Below, piece after piece: positions 21,013 to 31,253 of a DNA stretch of 64,000 nt (within the stretch, counting starts at the first letter, position 1; every line of letters begins with the position of its first letter). The stretch covers positions 640,001 through 704,000 of the forward strand of contig CAWDXG010000004.1 in assembly GCA_963806225.1 (NCBI GenBank), in the 5' to 3' direction. A program made the position numbers and the translations under genes. Below the pieces are notes generated by a model. That model was not told the DNA's origin, ran no database searches, and saw nothing but the letters and a program-made list of their open reading frames with translations. Source of the stretch: an uncultured delta proteobacterium (GTDB taxonomy: Bacteria; Myxococcota_A; Polyangia; Polyangiales; Polyangiaceae).

Positions 21013-21597
21013 TCACGCGCTCCTGGCCGCTTCACCGTCGATCGCGGCGGCCAGCTTCTTCTCGAGCCGCGCCAGCCGATCCAGCAGCTCCTCGTGACGA
21101 AGCTCCTCGTCGGTGGGCTCGCGCTGCACGAACGTGAGCGCGCCGCCGACCTCCAGCCGCGCGGTCTTGACGTGGGCGAGGCTCGGGATCCCCTGGCGTC
21201 GCGCCGCCGCCTCCAGCTCGTCCCGGGTGATGAGCTCCTTTTCCAGGCGCTGCTCCAGCAGCTTGCCGTTGACGATCAGCGTGTCCGCGTCACCCTCCAG
21301 CAGCCGGTCCAGCTTGCGGTGGCGGTAGAGCACGCGCACCACCAGGTAGTTGAAGACCAGCAGCGTTGTGCCGCCGATCAGCCCACCCGTGAGCGACGTG
21401 TCGTTGCCGATGATGGCGTTCTGCAACGCGCTGGTGAGCAGCAGCAACATCACCAGATCGAAGGCATTGAGCTGCCCGAGCTCGCGCTTGCCCGCGAAGC
21501 GCAGCCCCAGAAGCAGGAAGGTGTACACCGCCAGAGTGCGGGCGATCTTCTCGACGACGGGAATCCCGGGATGAACGAGTGTGGCCCAATGCAACAT
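21013..21597 (-). CDS. DUF421/YetF family membrane protein
   Basis: LRFAGKRELGQLNAFDLV, LIVNGKLL, ARLEVGGALT. Confidence 0.88.
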   Translation of the reverse strand: MLHWATLVHPGIPVVEKIARTLAVYTFLLLGLRFAGKRELGQLNAFDLVMLLLLTSALQNAIIGNDTSLTGGLIGGTTLLVFNYLVVRVLYRHRKLDRLLEGDADTLIVNGKLLEQRLEKELITRDELEAAARRQGIPSLAHVKTARLEVGGALTFVQREPTDEELRHEELLDRLARLEKKLAAAIDGEAARSA

Positions 21598-21693
21598 GGG
21601 CCGGAGTGTGCGCCAGGCAGCGCGCGAAGGGAATCGCAGAGGGAGCTGCTTCGGGGGAAGCACCCAGCGGACTGGTGCGTAGATCACATCGCC

Positions 21694-22923
21694 ATGCGAG
21701 CGTCGGTCCTGGTGTCGCTGCTGGCCGGCTGCGGCGCGCGCGCTCCCGCGCCGGGTCCCGGAGTGGCGCCCGCGACCGTTGGGGATTGCCCGGCGCACGG
21801 AGCCTCCGTCGCAGGCGTCCTGGACGGGCGGAGGCCGGTCGCTTCGGTTCACGGGATCGCCGTGACAACGGCCGCGCGGGGCGACCACAGCGGCCTGGCG
21901 TGGCTCGCCAGAGACGGCTCGCTCGCCTTCGCCCCACTGCCCGGTTCTTTCGACCTGTGCGTGCCGGAAGGCGACGGCGTACGCTGTTTCCGCGCACCGG
22001 TCCGGAAGCCCGACGGAACCCTCCTGCCGCTCCGCACCCTGTACGCGAGCCTCCATGGTGCGGGAGCCGTCGAGCGCTGGAACGGCGCGCCGTGGGCCAC
22101 ACCTCGCGCCGCGGCCAGCGACGGCCGGCATGCGCTGGTGTTGTTCACGAAAGACAACGCGCTGCGCGTCGCCGTGTGGAACGTGAAACGCGGCCAACTG
22201 CTGGCGCTCTCCCCGACACTGGTCGGACCCTTCCGGCCGCTCGAAGCGTGGTGCAGCGCGGGGCATTGCACGCTGGCTGGCATCTCCGCCTCGCGCGTGG
22301 TCGTCTTCCGCGCGCTCGGCCTCCGCCGCAACGTCGCGGCCGACAACGTGCTCCAGGCGACAGTCGTCACCTCGGGCGCACATCACCTGCTGTTCTGGAT
22401 CGGCAGGGACGGCGCGGTCCGACGCCGGCTGCTCGATGCCGACGGCCAGGCGGTGGACACCGGCCTGGCGCTCGGTTCGACCGCGCGCGTCAACGCCCTC
22501 GGCAACGGGCTACTTGGTGTGCACGGGTCTGGCGGCTGGTCGATCGCAGATGTCGGGGCCGACGGCGCGCTCGGTCCGCTCCAGCCACTGGGCATCGACT
22601 CTGTCGGCCTGAAAGCTGCGCGGTCGGGCAAAGGCGTCGTCGCCGTGGCGCTCGACGGAGACGTCGACTACGACAACGCTGGCACCTATGGCTTCCATTC
22701 GTGGACGTTCCGGGCGCGCTGGCGCTGGCTTGCGCCCCGCGTCCGGACTCCGTGGAAGCCCTTGCTCGGCAGGGATCAGCCGTCGTCCGGTGACGGGCGC
22801 GGTAGCTGGGACGTCTTCCTGCTGACGAGGCCAGGACGCGTTTCCGCCCTGGTGGTTCCGCGCGGCGACGCCGTCGGACCCCGCCGCCTGGTGGCGCTGC
22901 GTGTGCCGTGCCCGGCCCCCTGA
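21694..22923 (+). CDS. hypothetical lipoprotein
   Basis: MRASVLVSLLAGC lipobox; beta-rich body; fills the gap between DUF421 and aceE. Confidence 0.6.
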   Translation: MRASVLVSLLAGCGARAPAPGPGVAPATVGDCPAHGASVAGVLDGRRPVASVHGIAVTTAARGDHSGLAWLARDGSLAFAPLPGSFDLCVPEGDGVRCFRAPVRKPDGTLLPLRTLYASLHGAGAVERWNGAPWATPRAAASDGRHALVLFTKDNALRVAVWNVKRGQLLALSPTLVGPFRPLEAWCSAGHCTLAGISASRVVVFRALGLRRNVAADNVLQATVVTSGAHHLLFWIGRDGAVRRRLLDADGQAVDTGLALGSTARVNALGNGLLGVHGSGGWSIADVGADGALGPLQPLGIDSVGLKAARSGKGVVAVALDGDVDYDNAGTYGFHSWTFRARWRWLAPRVRTPWKPLLGRDQPSSGDGRGSWDVFLLTRPGRVSALVVPRGDAVGPRRLVALRVPCPAP

Positions 22924-22936
22924 GCGCGCGGCGCGC

Positions 22937-25615
22937 CTACACCGTCAGCGGGTCGACCTTGTCCGGATCGATGTCGAGGTCGCGGATGGCCTGCGCCACG
23001 ACGCCCGCCTCGAGCTTGCCGTCGAGCCGCAGCGCGTCGAGGGCCGCGATGACGATGTTTTCCGCGTCGATCTCGAAGTGGCGGCGCAGGGCCTCGCGGG
23101 TGTCGCTCATGCCGAAGCCATCGGTGCCGAGTGGCACGAAACGCCCCGGCATCCAGCGAGCGATCTGGTCGGCATTCACCTTCATGTAGTCGCTGGCCGT
23201 GACGAACGGCCCTTCCACACCCTCGAGCGTGCTGACGATGTGCGGCACCTTCGGCTCCGCTTCCGGGTGCAACCGGTTGCGCCGCTCGCAGGCCAGCGCG
23301 TCGGCGCGCAACTGCTGGTAGCTGGTCGCACTCCACACGTCCGCGGAAACCCCGAACTTCTCCGCAAGGATCTGCTGTGCGCGCAGCACCTCGTTCAGGA
23401 TGCTGCCGCTACCGAAGAGCTGCACGCGCTTCTCGCTCTTCTTTTCCGCCGCGCGGTAGCGATACAGCCCGTTCAGGATGCCTTCCTTCACGCCCTCGGG
23501 CATGGGCGGCATGGTGTAGTTCTCGTTCTGCAGCGTGATGTAGTAGATGACGTTTTGCTGCTCGTGCAGCATGCGCCGCAGGCCGTCCTGGATGATGACC
23601 GCCAGCTCGTAGGCGAACGCCACGTCGTAGACAACCGCGTTCGGGATCACGCTCATCAAGACCGGACTGTGCCCGTCCTGGTGCTGCAGGCCCTCGCCGT
23701 TGAGCGTGGTGCGGCCGGCGGTGCCGCCGAGTAGAAAGCCGCGCGCCATCGAGTCACCCGCCGCCCACATCAGATCGCCCGTGCGCTGGTAACCGAACAT
23801 CGAATAGTAGATGTAGAACGGGATCATCGGCTCGTCGTGCACCGCATACGAAGTGCCGGCGGCGAGGAACGACGCGGTGGAGCCAGCCTCGGTGATACCC
23901 TCTTCCAGTACCTGGCCGTCCGTGCTCTCGCGGTAGTAGAGCAGCTTGCCCTTGTCGACCGGCTCGTACAGCTGCCCGCGCGACGAGTAGATGCCGACCT
24001 GCGAAAACAGCGCATCCATGCCGAAGGTGCGTGCCTCGTCCGGGATGATCGGCACGATGCGCCGCCCGATCTCCTTGTCGCGCAGGAGCTTCGACAGGAG
24101 CCGCGCGAACACCATCGTGGTCGACGCCTCGCCCTTCTTCATGCCCTCGTAGAACTCGGCGTATGTGTCCTCTTCGCTGGGCAGCTTGATGTCCACGCTC
24201 ACCTGCGTGCGGCGCGTCGGCACCACGCCGCCGAGCGCGCGGCGACGCTCCAGCAGGTACTCCACCTCGCGGCTTTCCCTGCCCGGGTGGTAGAACGGCG
24301 CCTCCTCCAGCTTGCTGTCGGGCACGGGCAGGTGCAGCGTGTCGCGGAAGGCGCGAAGCTCGCCCTTCTCCATCTTCTTCTTCTGGTGGGTGACGTTGCT
24401 GCCCTCGAAGTGCTCACCCAGCGTCCAGCCCTTGACCGTGTGGCAGAGGATGGCCGTCGGGCGATCCGTGGTCTCGGTGGCACGCTTGTACGCCGCGTAC
24501 AGTTTCCGGTAGCTGTGTCCGCCGCGACGGAGCTTCCTGATCTGCTCGTCGCTCAGGTGTTCGACCATGGCACTGAGCCGCGGATCGGTCCCGAAGAAGT
24601 GCTGGCGGGTGTAGTCGCCCGGCGCGGTGGCGTACTTCTGCCACTGCCCGTCGGGCACCTCGTTCATGCGCCGGCGCAGGACGCCCTCGTCGTCCTTCTC
24701 GAGCAGCTCGTCCCACTCCGGGCCCCAGATCACCTTGATCACGTGCCAGCCCGCACCGCGGAACACGCCCTCCAGCTCCTGGATGATCTTGCCGTTGCCG
24801 CGCACCGGTCCGTCGAGGCGCTGCAGGTTGCAGTTGACGACGAACGTCAGGTTGTCGAGCTGCTCGCGCGCCGCGATGGTCAGGCTGCCGAGCGCTTCCG
24901 GCTCGTCCGTCTCGCCGTCGCCGAGGTAGGCCCACACCCGCGCCTGCGAGGTGTCGAGGATGCCGCGATTATGCAGGTAGCGGTTGAAGCGCGCCGCGTA
25001 GATCGCCGACAGCGGGCCGAGCCCCATGCTCACCGTCGGGTACTCCCAGTAGTTGCTCATCAACCGCGGGTGCGGATACGAGCTGAGTCCCCTGCCCCGC
25101 TCCACCTCGCGGCGGAAGTGCTCCATGTTCTCGATGGAGATGCGGCCCTCGAGGAAGGAGCGCGCGTACATACCGGGCGCGGCGTGCCCCTGGAAGTAGA
25201 TCTGGTCTCCGCCGCCCGGGTGGTCCTTGCCGCGGAAGAAGTGGTTGAAGCCGACCTCGTACAGGCTGGCGCTCGAGGCGTACGTGGAGAGATGGCCACC
25301 GATGCCGGCAAAGCGCTTGTTCGCGCGGTGCACCATGGCCACGGCGTTCCAGCGGATGATGCGGCGGATGCGCTTCTCCATCTCCTCGTCGCCGGGGAAC
25401 GGAGCTTCTTCCTGACGCGGGATGGTGTTGACGAAGTCGGTGGTGAGCGGTCCGACCGGCACCACGCGATGTTGCCGCGCAGCCTGCATGACGCGCTTGA
25501 GCACGTAGCGCGCGCGCTGCTGCCCCTCGCTCGAGACCACGGCCTCGAGCGATTCGATCCATTCCCGGGTCTCTTCCGGATCCCGGTCCGCTTCATCCCG
25601 AATGTAGGTACCCAC
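22937..25615 (-). CDS. aceE: pyruvate dehydrogenase E1, homodimeric type
   Basis: [74 protein letters not shown]. Confidence 0.97.
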   Translation of the reverse strand: MGTYIRDEADRDPEETREWIESLEAVVSSEGQQRARYVLKRVMQAARQHRVVPVGPLTTDFVNTIPRQEEAPFPGDEEMEKRIRRIIRWNAVAMVHRANKRFAGIGGHLSTYASSASLYEVGFNHFFRGKDHPGGGDQIYFQGHAAPGMYARSFLEGRISIENMEHFRREVERGRGLSSYPHPRLMSNYWEYPTVSMGLGPLSAIYAARFNRYLHNRGILDTSQARVWAYLGDGETDEPEALGSLTIAAREQLDNLTFVVNCNLQRLDGPVRGNGKIIQELEGVFRGAGWHVIKVIWGPEWDELLEKDDEGVLRRRMNEVPDGQWQKYATAPGDYTRQHFFGTDPRLSAMVEHLSDEQIRKLRRGGHSYRKLYAAYKRATETTDRPTAILCHTVKGWTLGEHFEGSNVTHQKKKMEKGELRAFRDTLHLPVPDSKLEEAPFYHPGRESREVEYLLERRRALGGVVPTRRTQVSVDIKLPSEEDTYAEFYEGMKKGEASTTMVFARLLSKLLRDKEIGRRIVPIIPDEARTFGMDALFSQVGIYSSRGQLYEPVDKGKLLYYRESTDGQVLEEGITEAGSTASFLAAGTSYAVHDEPMIPFYIYYSMFGYQRTGDLMWAAGDSMARGFLLGGTAGRTTLNGEGLQHQDGHSPVLMSVIPNAVVYDVAFAYELAVIIQDGLRRMLHEQQNVIYYITLQNENYTMPPMPEGVKEGILNGLYRYRAAEKKSEKRVQLFGSGSILNEVLRAQQILAEKFGVSADVWSATSYQQLRADALACERRNRLHPEAEPKVPHIVSTLEGVEGPFVTASDYMKVNADQIARWMPGRFVPLGTDGFGMSDTREALRRHFEIDAENIVIAALDALRLDGKLEAGVVAQAIRDLDIDPDKVDPLTV

Positions 25616-25802
25616 GCGATGCGCTCCTTGTTCCGCCCTTCGTAGGGCCAAGACCACAACGCTTCAAGCTCGCTCGAAGATGGAGCCGGAAACGCGCCGC
25701 GTAGCGCCTTCCGCCGCGCTGCGGCATGGCGTCCGGACGGCGGGCCCGACCCGCGAACACCCCTGCGCCGGTCCAGGGGGAATCAGGCGTCCCGACAGGC
25801 CG

Positions 25803-28007
25803 CTACTTGAACAGGTGGCAGCCCTGGCAGCGCTTCGCGCCGACCTGGTGGTCGACCTTGTCCTTGTGACAAGCCAGGCAATTCTGCCGGGTCGGCAGGC
25901 TCGCCTTGTGCGTCACGTGGCACTTGTTGCACTGCGAGTGCGCCTTCACCGTGTGCAGGCCCTTCTTGATGTTCGCGGCGTGGCAGGTCACGCACTTCGG
26001 CGGCATGAATCCGTGCGGCTTGTGGCAGTTGTTGCACGCCGTGTGCTGCTTCGAGTCTGTCGCCTCGGTCTTGTGGCAGTTCACGCAGCGGCCGTACCAG
26101 CCGGCCAGCGTGCTCGGCGGCGCCTGGTGCGGTGCGTGGCACCCGACGCACTTGTGACGCGGGTTGACCTTGACCTGTCGCGCCTGCTTGGCGTGGCAGG
26201 TGCCGCAGGCCTTCTTCTGCCGCACGTCGTGCTGGTTGTGGCAGTTGTTGCAGGCCTTGTGATGCGCCGATTGGGCCGGCCACTGGTCGGCGACGTGCGC
26301 CTTGTCCGAATGGCAGTGCCGGCACTGCTGGAGCGCCGCTTCCTTCTTCTTGTGGGGCAGATGGCAGGAGTTGCACTTCTCGTGCGTCGGGTTGACCGGC
26401 GCCAGATGGATCTGCTTGTGGCAGCCCAGGCACTGGGTCTGCTTGACGTCGGGCTCGCCGTGATGTTCGTGGCACTTCGTGCAACGCCCCGTGTGGATCT
26501 GCGCGGTCTTCACGATCTTCTGGTGGCAGTTCAGACACGGTAGCCGCACGCCGCGCACACTGAAGCGGTGCTGCTTGTGGCACGACATGCAGTTCTGGTG
26601 GGGCTTGGGCGCCGCGGTCGCCACCAGCCGGATCTTGTCCTTGTGGCAGTTGCCGCAGACCTTGATCGTGACCTTCGGGTTGCCGTGGATCGTGTGACAG
26701 GACGGACAGCTGCCGCGAGCGTGCGCCGCCGGTCCGACGGCCACCACCTGGCGGACTTCCTTCGAGTGGCAGCTGATGCACGCCTGCGGCGGCTTGGGCA
26801 GCGGGTCGTGAGGATTGTGGCAGCTGGTGCAGATCTGGTGGCGCGCCGGACCGGCCCGCATCTTCGCCGCATTCTGCTTGTGGCACTTGCCGCAGACCGT
26901 TCCAACCGGCGGAGGCCCGTGCACGTCGTGGCAGTTGACGCACTTCTGGTGCTGCACGGGGCTCTTGGTGAAGACCAGCGTCGCCTGCTTGTTGTGACAC
27001 TTGACGCAGCCGTTCTTGTCGGGAACCCACGTGTGCGGCTGGTGGCAGCTGGCGCACTCGTCGTGCTCGAGCGCCGTCGACCGCTTCTTGTTCTCGCGCC
27101 GCCGCGCCTGCTCGTGGCAGCGCTTGCATTGGTCGTCAGCGCGCTTGAGCGGGGCGTGGACCTTGTGGCAGCTCTGGCACTCGTGGTGCTCCTTGGGCAG
27201 CTGCACGTCCTCGGTGCCGATCTTGATGTTGTGGCACTGCCGGCACGGCGGCTCGGTCTGGCCCTTGCCGTAGTCGTGATGCGGCTGGTGACAGAGCTTG
27301 CAGTCCACGCCGCCGTGCAGATCCTGCGGGCGGATCACGGTCGCGGGGATGACCTCGGGGTTGCCCTTGAAGGACTTCGCGTTCTTGCTGTGGCAGCGAT
27401 CGCAGGCTTCAATCGTGAGCCAGGGCTTGCCGCCACTCGACGACGAGAAGTTGTGGCACGAAAGGCACTGCGGACGTCCGGCCTCGTTGAAGTCCTTCTT
27501 CGCGTGCAGGTGCGAGTCCTTGTGACAGCCGAGGCAGACCTTGGCCGAGGCGCTCCCGCTGTGGCTCGTCTTCGCGTGGCACGAGAGGCAATCGACCTTG
27601 TCCAGGTCCTCGTGCAGCCGGTGCCCCGACGTCTCCGCGATCTTCTGCCAGCCCGCCTGGAGGTCGTTGTGACAGGACGAGCAGCTCGCTGCCTTCACCT
27701 GACCGTGAGCGCGGACGTGGCTCGCCCCCACCGCCTTCGCCATCAGAAGCCGGAGGCCGGTACCACCACCGATAGTGTGACAGGCCTGGCACCGGATGTT
27801 CTTGTGCCCCGCCGACGCGACGTGCGCCTTGGACTGCGCCGTGTGGCAGCTACCCGTGCACGCGCCTGACGAGTGCGTCGCGTACCGCCGCGCGCCGGCG
27901 ACCAGCGCAGCCACGATGATCGCGAGTAGCGGCAGCCCGATCGCGACCCAACGCGGCGGGCGCCGCGCTGCACGCTCCGGAGCCGGCGCACTGGTCGGCT
28001 CGCTCAT
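25803..28007 (-). CDS. membrane-anchored multiheme cytochrome c (33 CxxCH + 1 CxxxCH)
   Basis: Motifs counted by hand in 734 aa; N-terminal TM helix; first hemes have NapC/NirT-like spacing. Confidence 0.93.
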   Translation of the reverse strand: MSEPTSAPAPERAARRPPRWVAIGLPLLAIIVAALVAGARRYATHSSGACTGSCHTAQSKAHVASAGHKNIRCQACHTIGGGTGLRLLMAKAVGASHVRAHGQVKAASCSSCHNDLQAGWQKIAETSGHRLHEDLDKVDCLSCHAKTSHSGSASAKVCLGCHKDSHLHAKKDFNEAGRPQCLSCHNFSSSSGGKPWLTIEACDRCHSKNAKSFKGNPEVIPATVIRPQDLHGGVDCKLCHQPHHDYGKGQTEPPCRQCHNIKIGTEDVQLPKEHHECQSCHKVHAPLKRADDQCKRCHEQARRRENKKRSTALEHDECASCHQPHTWVPDKNGCVKCHNKQATLVFTKSPVQHQKCVNCHDVHGPPPVGTVCGKCHKQNAAKMRAGPARHQICTSCHNPHDPLPKPPQACISCHSKEVRQVVAVGPAAHARGSCPSCHTIHGNPKVTIKVCGNCHKDKIRLVATAAPKPHQNCMSCHKQHRFSVRGVRLPCLNCHQKIVKTAQIHTGRCTKCHEHHGEPDVKQTQCLGCHKQIHLAPVNPTHEKCNSCHLPHKKKEAALQQCRHCHSDKAHVADQWPAQSAHHKACNNCHNQHDVRQKKACGTCHAKQARQVKVNPRHKCVGCHAPHQAPPSTLAGWYGRCVNCHKTEATDSKQHTACNNCHKPHGFMPPKCVTCHAANIKKGLHTVKAHSQCNKCHVTHKASLPTRQNCLACHKDKVDHQVGAKRCQGCHLFK

Positions 28008-29431
28008 GCCTCACTCCGGGGTCTCCCGCGTGACAGTCTCAGCGCTCTGACCAGCAACAGCACGAACAGGAGCGCCGCCAGCGCCAACGCGACATAGTAG
28101 CCGCGGCGCTGCACCGCCATTGCGTGCCGCGCCCTGGCCACCGCGTTCTTCGCCGCGTCGGCTTCGCGCTTCGCAATCGCTGCTTGCTCGCGCAGCTGCA
28201 CCAGGTCAAGCGCGTGCGTCGAGACGCGCAGATTCTGCTTGGCTGTCGTCAACTTGTTCAGGGCGAAGTCGGCATCGGGCACGTACAGGCCGGCCCGCTT
28301 GGCCAGGGTCACTTCGACGACCGCCGCGTGCTGCTCCTTGTTCACCGAGTCGAAGAGCTGGGAGATCTCGGAGGCAATCGCCCGCTGCTTCTTGTCCTTG
28401 CTATGGCACTTGCTGCACGCCGAATCCGGAGCCATCCCCGCAGTCCAGCTCGTCGCGACAACGTCGTGATGGCCGTGGCAGGGCAGACAGTCCGCCAGGC
28501 CGCGGTCCTGGAAGGCGCGTGCGTGGGGGCTCTTTAGAAGGAACTTCTTCTCCTCGGTGTGGCAGTAGTCGCACGCGGCGGTGACGGAAGGCGTGCCGGG
28601 ATGCGTGCCGGCGTGCGGGCCGTGGCAGCCGATGCAGTTCGGTGCGGCGGCGCTGCCACTGGCGAAGGCCTTGCCATGCGTGCTGTGCTTCCACTTCTCG
28701 ACCATGTCGGTCGGGATGTCGTACGGCGCCATGTGCTTCTTGTTGGCATGACAGCCGCCGCACAGCCGCACGATGTTCTGCCGGTTCACCGTGGAACGCG
28801 GCGACGACGGAGCGAGGATGTTGTGGATGCCGTGACAATCGCTGCACGTCGGCGCGCCCTGGTCCCCGGCGGCCGTCAGCTTGCCATGCATGCTGAGCTT
28901 GTAGAGGGTGTACTCGTCGACCGGCAGCTTGGCGTTGAAGCTGCGGATGAAGCTGGGCTTCTCGTGACAGCCGCCGCAGATGCCCGCAATCTGGTCGTGC
29001 TGCGGATGCGCGATGAAACCGCGTGCCAGATCGTGCGCCTTCACGGTCGGGTCGGTCGGGTCACCCTTGTGGCAGCCCGCACAACCGATGCGCGCGTCGC
29101 GGTGGGCGCTCTCCTGGTACTGCTCGGCCACACGCCGGAGCTTCTTGTCCGGGAGACTCAGGTGGCAGGTCAGGCAGGTGTTCGTGTCGCGTTGCGCGCG
29201 GCCGTGCCGCGGCCCGGCGGGCGAACCGCCGATCAGAGCCAGCGACGTGACGGGCGATGCACCGGCGTCTGCGGAGGCGGCGGGCTTCGGGACCTTGCCC
29301 GCCGCCGGCTTCGCCTTCGGCTGGGCCGCGCCCGCCTTGGGAGCAGCAGGCGCGGCCCAGCCGTTCGAGGCGCCCAGCATGAGCACCACGACGACCGCGA
29401 GCACCGAGGACAATAGCCTAGAAGAGGACAT
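28004..29431 (-). CDS. nonaheme cytochrome c with signal peptide, helical stalk and C-terminal TM anchor
   Basis: 9 CxxCH (CLTCH, CAGCH, CGGCH, CSDCH, CGGCH, CIGCH, CDYCH, CLPCH, CSKCH); C-terminal YYVALALAALLFVLLLV. Confidence 0.92.
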   Translation of the reverse strand: MSSSRLLSSVLAVVVVLMLGASNGWAAPAAPKAGAAQPKAKPAAGKVPKPAASADAGASPVTSLALIGGSPAGPRHGRAQRDTNTCLTCHLSLPDKKLRRVAEQYQESAHRDARIGCAGCHKGDPTDPTVKAHDLARGFIAHPQHDQIAGICGGCHEKPSFIRSFNAKLPVDEYTLYKLSMHGKLTAAGDQGAPTCSDCHGIHNILAPSSPRSTVNRQNIVRLCGGCHANKKHMAPYDIPTDMVEKWKHSTHGKAFASGSAAAPNCIGCHGPHAGTHPGTPSVTAACDYCHTEEKKFLLKSPHARAFQDRGLADCLPCHGHHDVVATSWTAGMAPDSACSKCHSKDKKQRAIASEISQLFDSVNKEQHAAVVEVTLAKRAGLYVPDADFALNKLTTAKQNLRVSTHALDLVQLREQAAIAKREADAAKNAVARARHAMAVQRRGYYVALALAALLFVLLLVRALRLSRGRPRSEA

Positions 29432-30452
29432 CGAGAGTTAGCACCAGCCAGATCACCAGAAGCGTGAGCGCCGCCCAGAAGCTGAACCGCGAGCCGCGCT
29501 TGTCCACGAACGGCAGGGCCACGAGGCCAAGCACCACGAGGCTCAGACCGCCGCCGACGAACTTGGACCCCTCGACACCGAGCAGATGTGCCGGCGTCAC
29601 TTTCAGGATCTGATGCAGGAACAGGAAGTACCAGGGAGGCGCGATGCCGGCCGGCGCCGGCAACGTCGGATTGGCCGCTACGCCAAGCGCTGGCTCCTTG
29701 AACGTGGCCAGCGTGATGACGAGCACAAGCGCGCCCGTACACAGCACCGCAAGGCGCACCGCGAAGTCCGGGAAGAGCGGGACCCTGGGCTCGTCCACCA
29801 CCGGGGCGCCCGCCGCGCGCGTGGAGCGGATCACGAAGAACACGTGCAACGCGATGATCAGCGTCACCGTGGCCGGCAACACGCCCACGTGGAAGCCGAA
29901 AGCGTGGTGCAGGGTCCAGTTGCTGACTTCTTCGCCGCCGCGCAGGAAGCGCTCGAGGAAGTGCCCGATGAGCGGCGTCTCGCCCGCCATCTTGCTGCTG
30001 ACAAGCGCCTGGAGGTAGGCGTTCTGGTTCCAGGGCAGGATGGCGCCCGTGAAGGCCATGCCGACGCCGAGCCCCAGGAGGACCAACCCGCTCAGCCAGA
30101 CCAGCTCCCGCGGCGGCGTGAAGCGCCTGAGCAGCATCATCGAGAAGATCTGCGCTCCCAGAACCACCACGAACAGGTGGCTCGCCCACAGGTGCACGCC
30201 GCGGACGAGACTGCCGTAGGGAACGCGGCCGACGATGTTGATGATCGACGCGTGCGCCTCCGTCGGGCTGGGGCGATAGGGCAGCAGCAGCAGGATCCCG
30301 CTCAGGACCTGGACCAGGAACAGGAACAGCAACAGGCCGCCGAGGTAGTGCGTCGGCGTGTTCCTCGGCACCAGACGCTCCCGCGCGCGGTCGCGCAGGG
30401 CACTCGTGCCCAGTCGTTCCGAAAACCACCGGCTTACGCTTCTCGGGATCAC
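29418..30452 (-). CDS. cytochrome b of Rieske/cytb complex (b6 and subunit IV fused, divergent)
   Basis: YLGG..QVLSGILL, RGVHLWAS, FTGAILPWNQ, FHVGVLP..ALH, ANP..PAGIAPPWYFLF. Confidence 0.9.
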   Translation of the reverse strand: MIPRSVSRWFSERLGTSALRDRARERLVPRNTPTHYLGGLLLFLFLVQVLSGILLLLPYRPSPTEAHASIINIVGRVPYGSLVRGVHLWASHLFVVVLGAQIFSMMLLRRFTPPRELVWLSGLVLLGLGVGMAFTGAILPWNQNAYLQALVSSKMAGETPLIGHFLERFLRGGEEVSNWTLHHAFGFHVGVLPATVTLIIALHVFFVIRSTRAAGAPVVDEPRVPLFPDFAVRLAVLCTGALVLVITLATFKEPALGVAANPTLPAPAGIAPPWYFLFLHQILKVTPAHLLGVEGSKFVGGGLSLVVLGLVALPFVDKRGSRFSFWAALTLLVIWLVLTLDVLF

Positions 30453-30459
30453 GGGGGAC

Positions 30460-30906
30460 TCAAGCCTGGCTAGCGGTGACCATGCCCTGGACCACGCTCA
30501 CTTCCACCTCTTTGAGTGGACGCGGCGGTGGCCCCGAAATGTTCTTCCCCTCCAGCGAATAGACGCCCCCGTGGCACGGGCACTCGATCTGCTTGTGCGC
30601 TGCCGAATAGGCGACGATGCAGTTCAGATGCGTGCAGAGCGCCACGAATCCACGGAAGTCCCCGTTTTCCGTCCGGATCACGAGCACCGGGTCACCACCG
30701 AGCATCACCATGCGGCTGGAGCCACGCGGAAACTTCTCGGCCTTGCCGACCTGGACCGCGGTCGGCGCCGTCGACTCCATCGGCTGCACGAACTTGACGA
30801 CCGGATAGATCGCCATCACGCCGAGAGCGGCGGCAGTCCCGCCGATCGCATAGCCGAGGAAGTCGCGGCGCTCTGTGGCCTTGTCGTCCTGGTCGTCGTC
30901 GCCCAT
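30460..30906 (-). CDS. Rieske 2Fe-2S protein (Tat-exported)
   Basis: RRDFL Tat motif plus TM helix; CTHLNC and CPCHGGVY boxes; GPPPRPL. Confidence 0.93.
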   Translation of the reverse strand: MGDDDQDDKATERRDFLGYAIGGTAAALGVMAIYPVVKFVQPMESTAPTAVQVGKAEKFPRGSSRMVMLGGDPVLVIRTENGDFRGFVALCTHLNCIVAYSAAHKQIECPCHGGVYSLEGKNISGPPPRPLKEVEVSVVQGMVTASQA

Positions 30907-31133
30907 CGCTTGATCCGTTCAGTGTGCGCTTTGCACATAGCGGACCCCGCCCGGCGTGTATCTGATGGCCGTCATCTTTGCGCGATCCTTTCGCCGACAG
31001 CGCGCCGAGTGCGCGCAACGCTGGCGGGTTGCGACGTGGAAGGCCCCCCCTCGTCGTAGGCTCACGGTGGCAGAACGCGCAGCGACGCCGCACCGAATGC
31101 GTACATATTGCGCGCGGACCGGGCGACCCGGCG

Positions 31134-31149
31134 ACAATTGCGCAATTGT
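31134..31149. promoter_or_regulatory. perfect 16-bp AT-rich palindrome, candidate activator-binding site
   Basis: ACAATTGCGCAATTGT is its own reverse complement; lies between the divergent operons, about 105 bp upstream of the sigma-54 motif. Confidence 0.55.
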
Positions 31150-31253
31150 GCGGGTGGGCGTGCACGTATTCCGCGCACGATCGGATCGCCGCGCATGTAT
31201 GGGTCCCGAAGCGACGCGGCCCGCGGCGCGTTTGCTGCTCGTGCGCCCGTCCA

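Noticed and set aside
30910..30923. FNR-like half site TTGAT upstream of the Rieske gene
   Set aside because: Second half (ATCAA) is absent, and the site abuts the start codon
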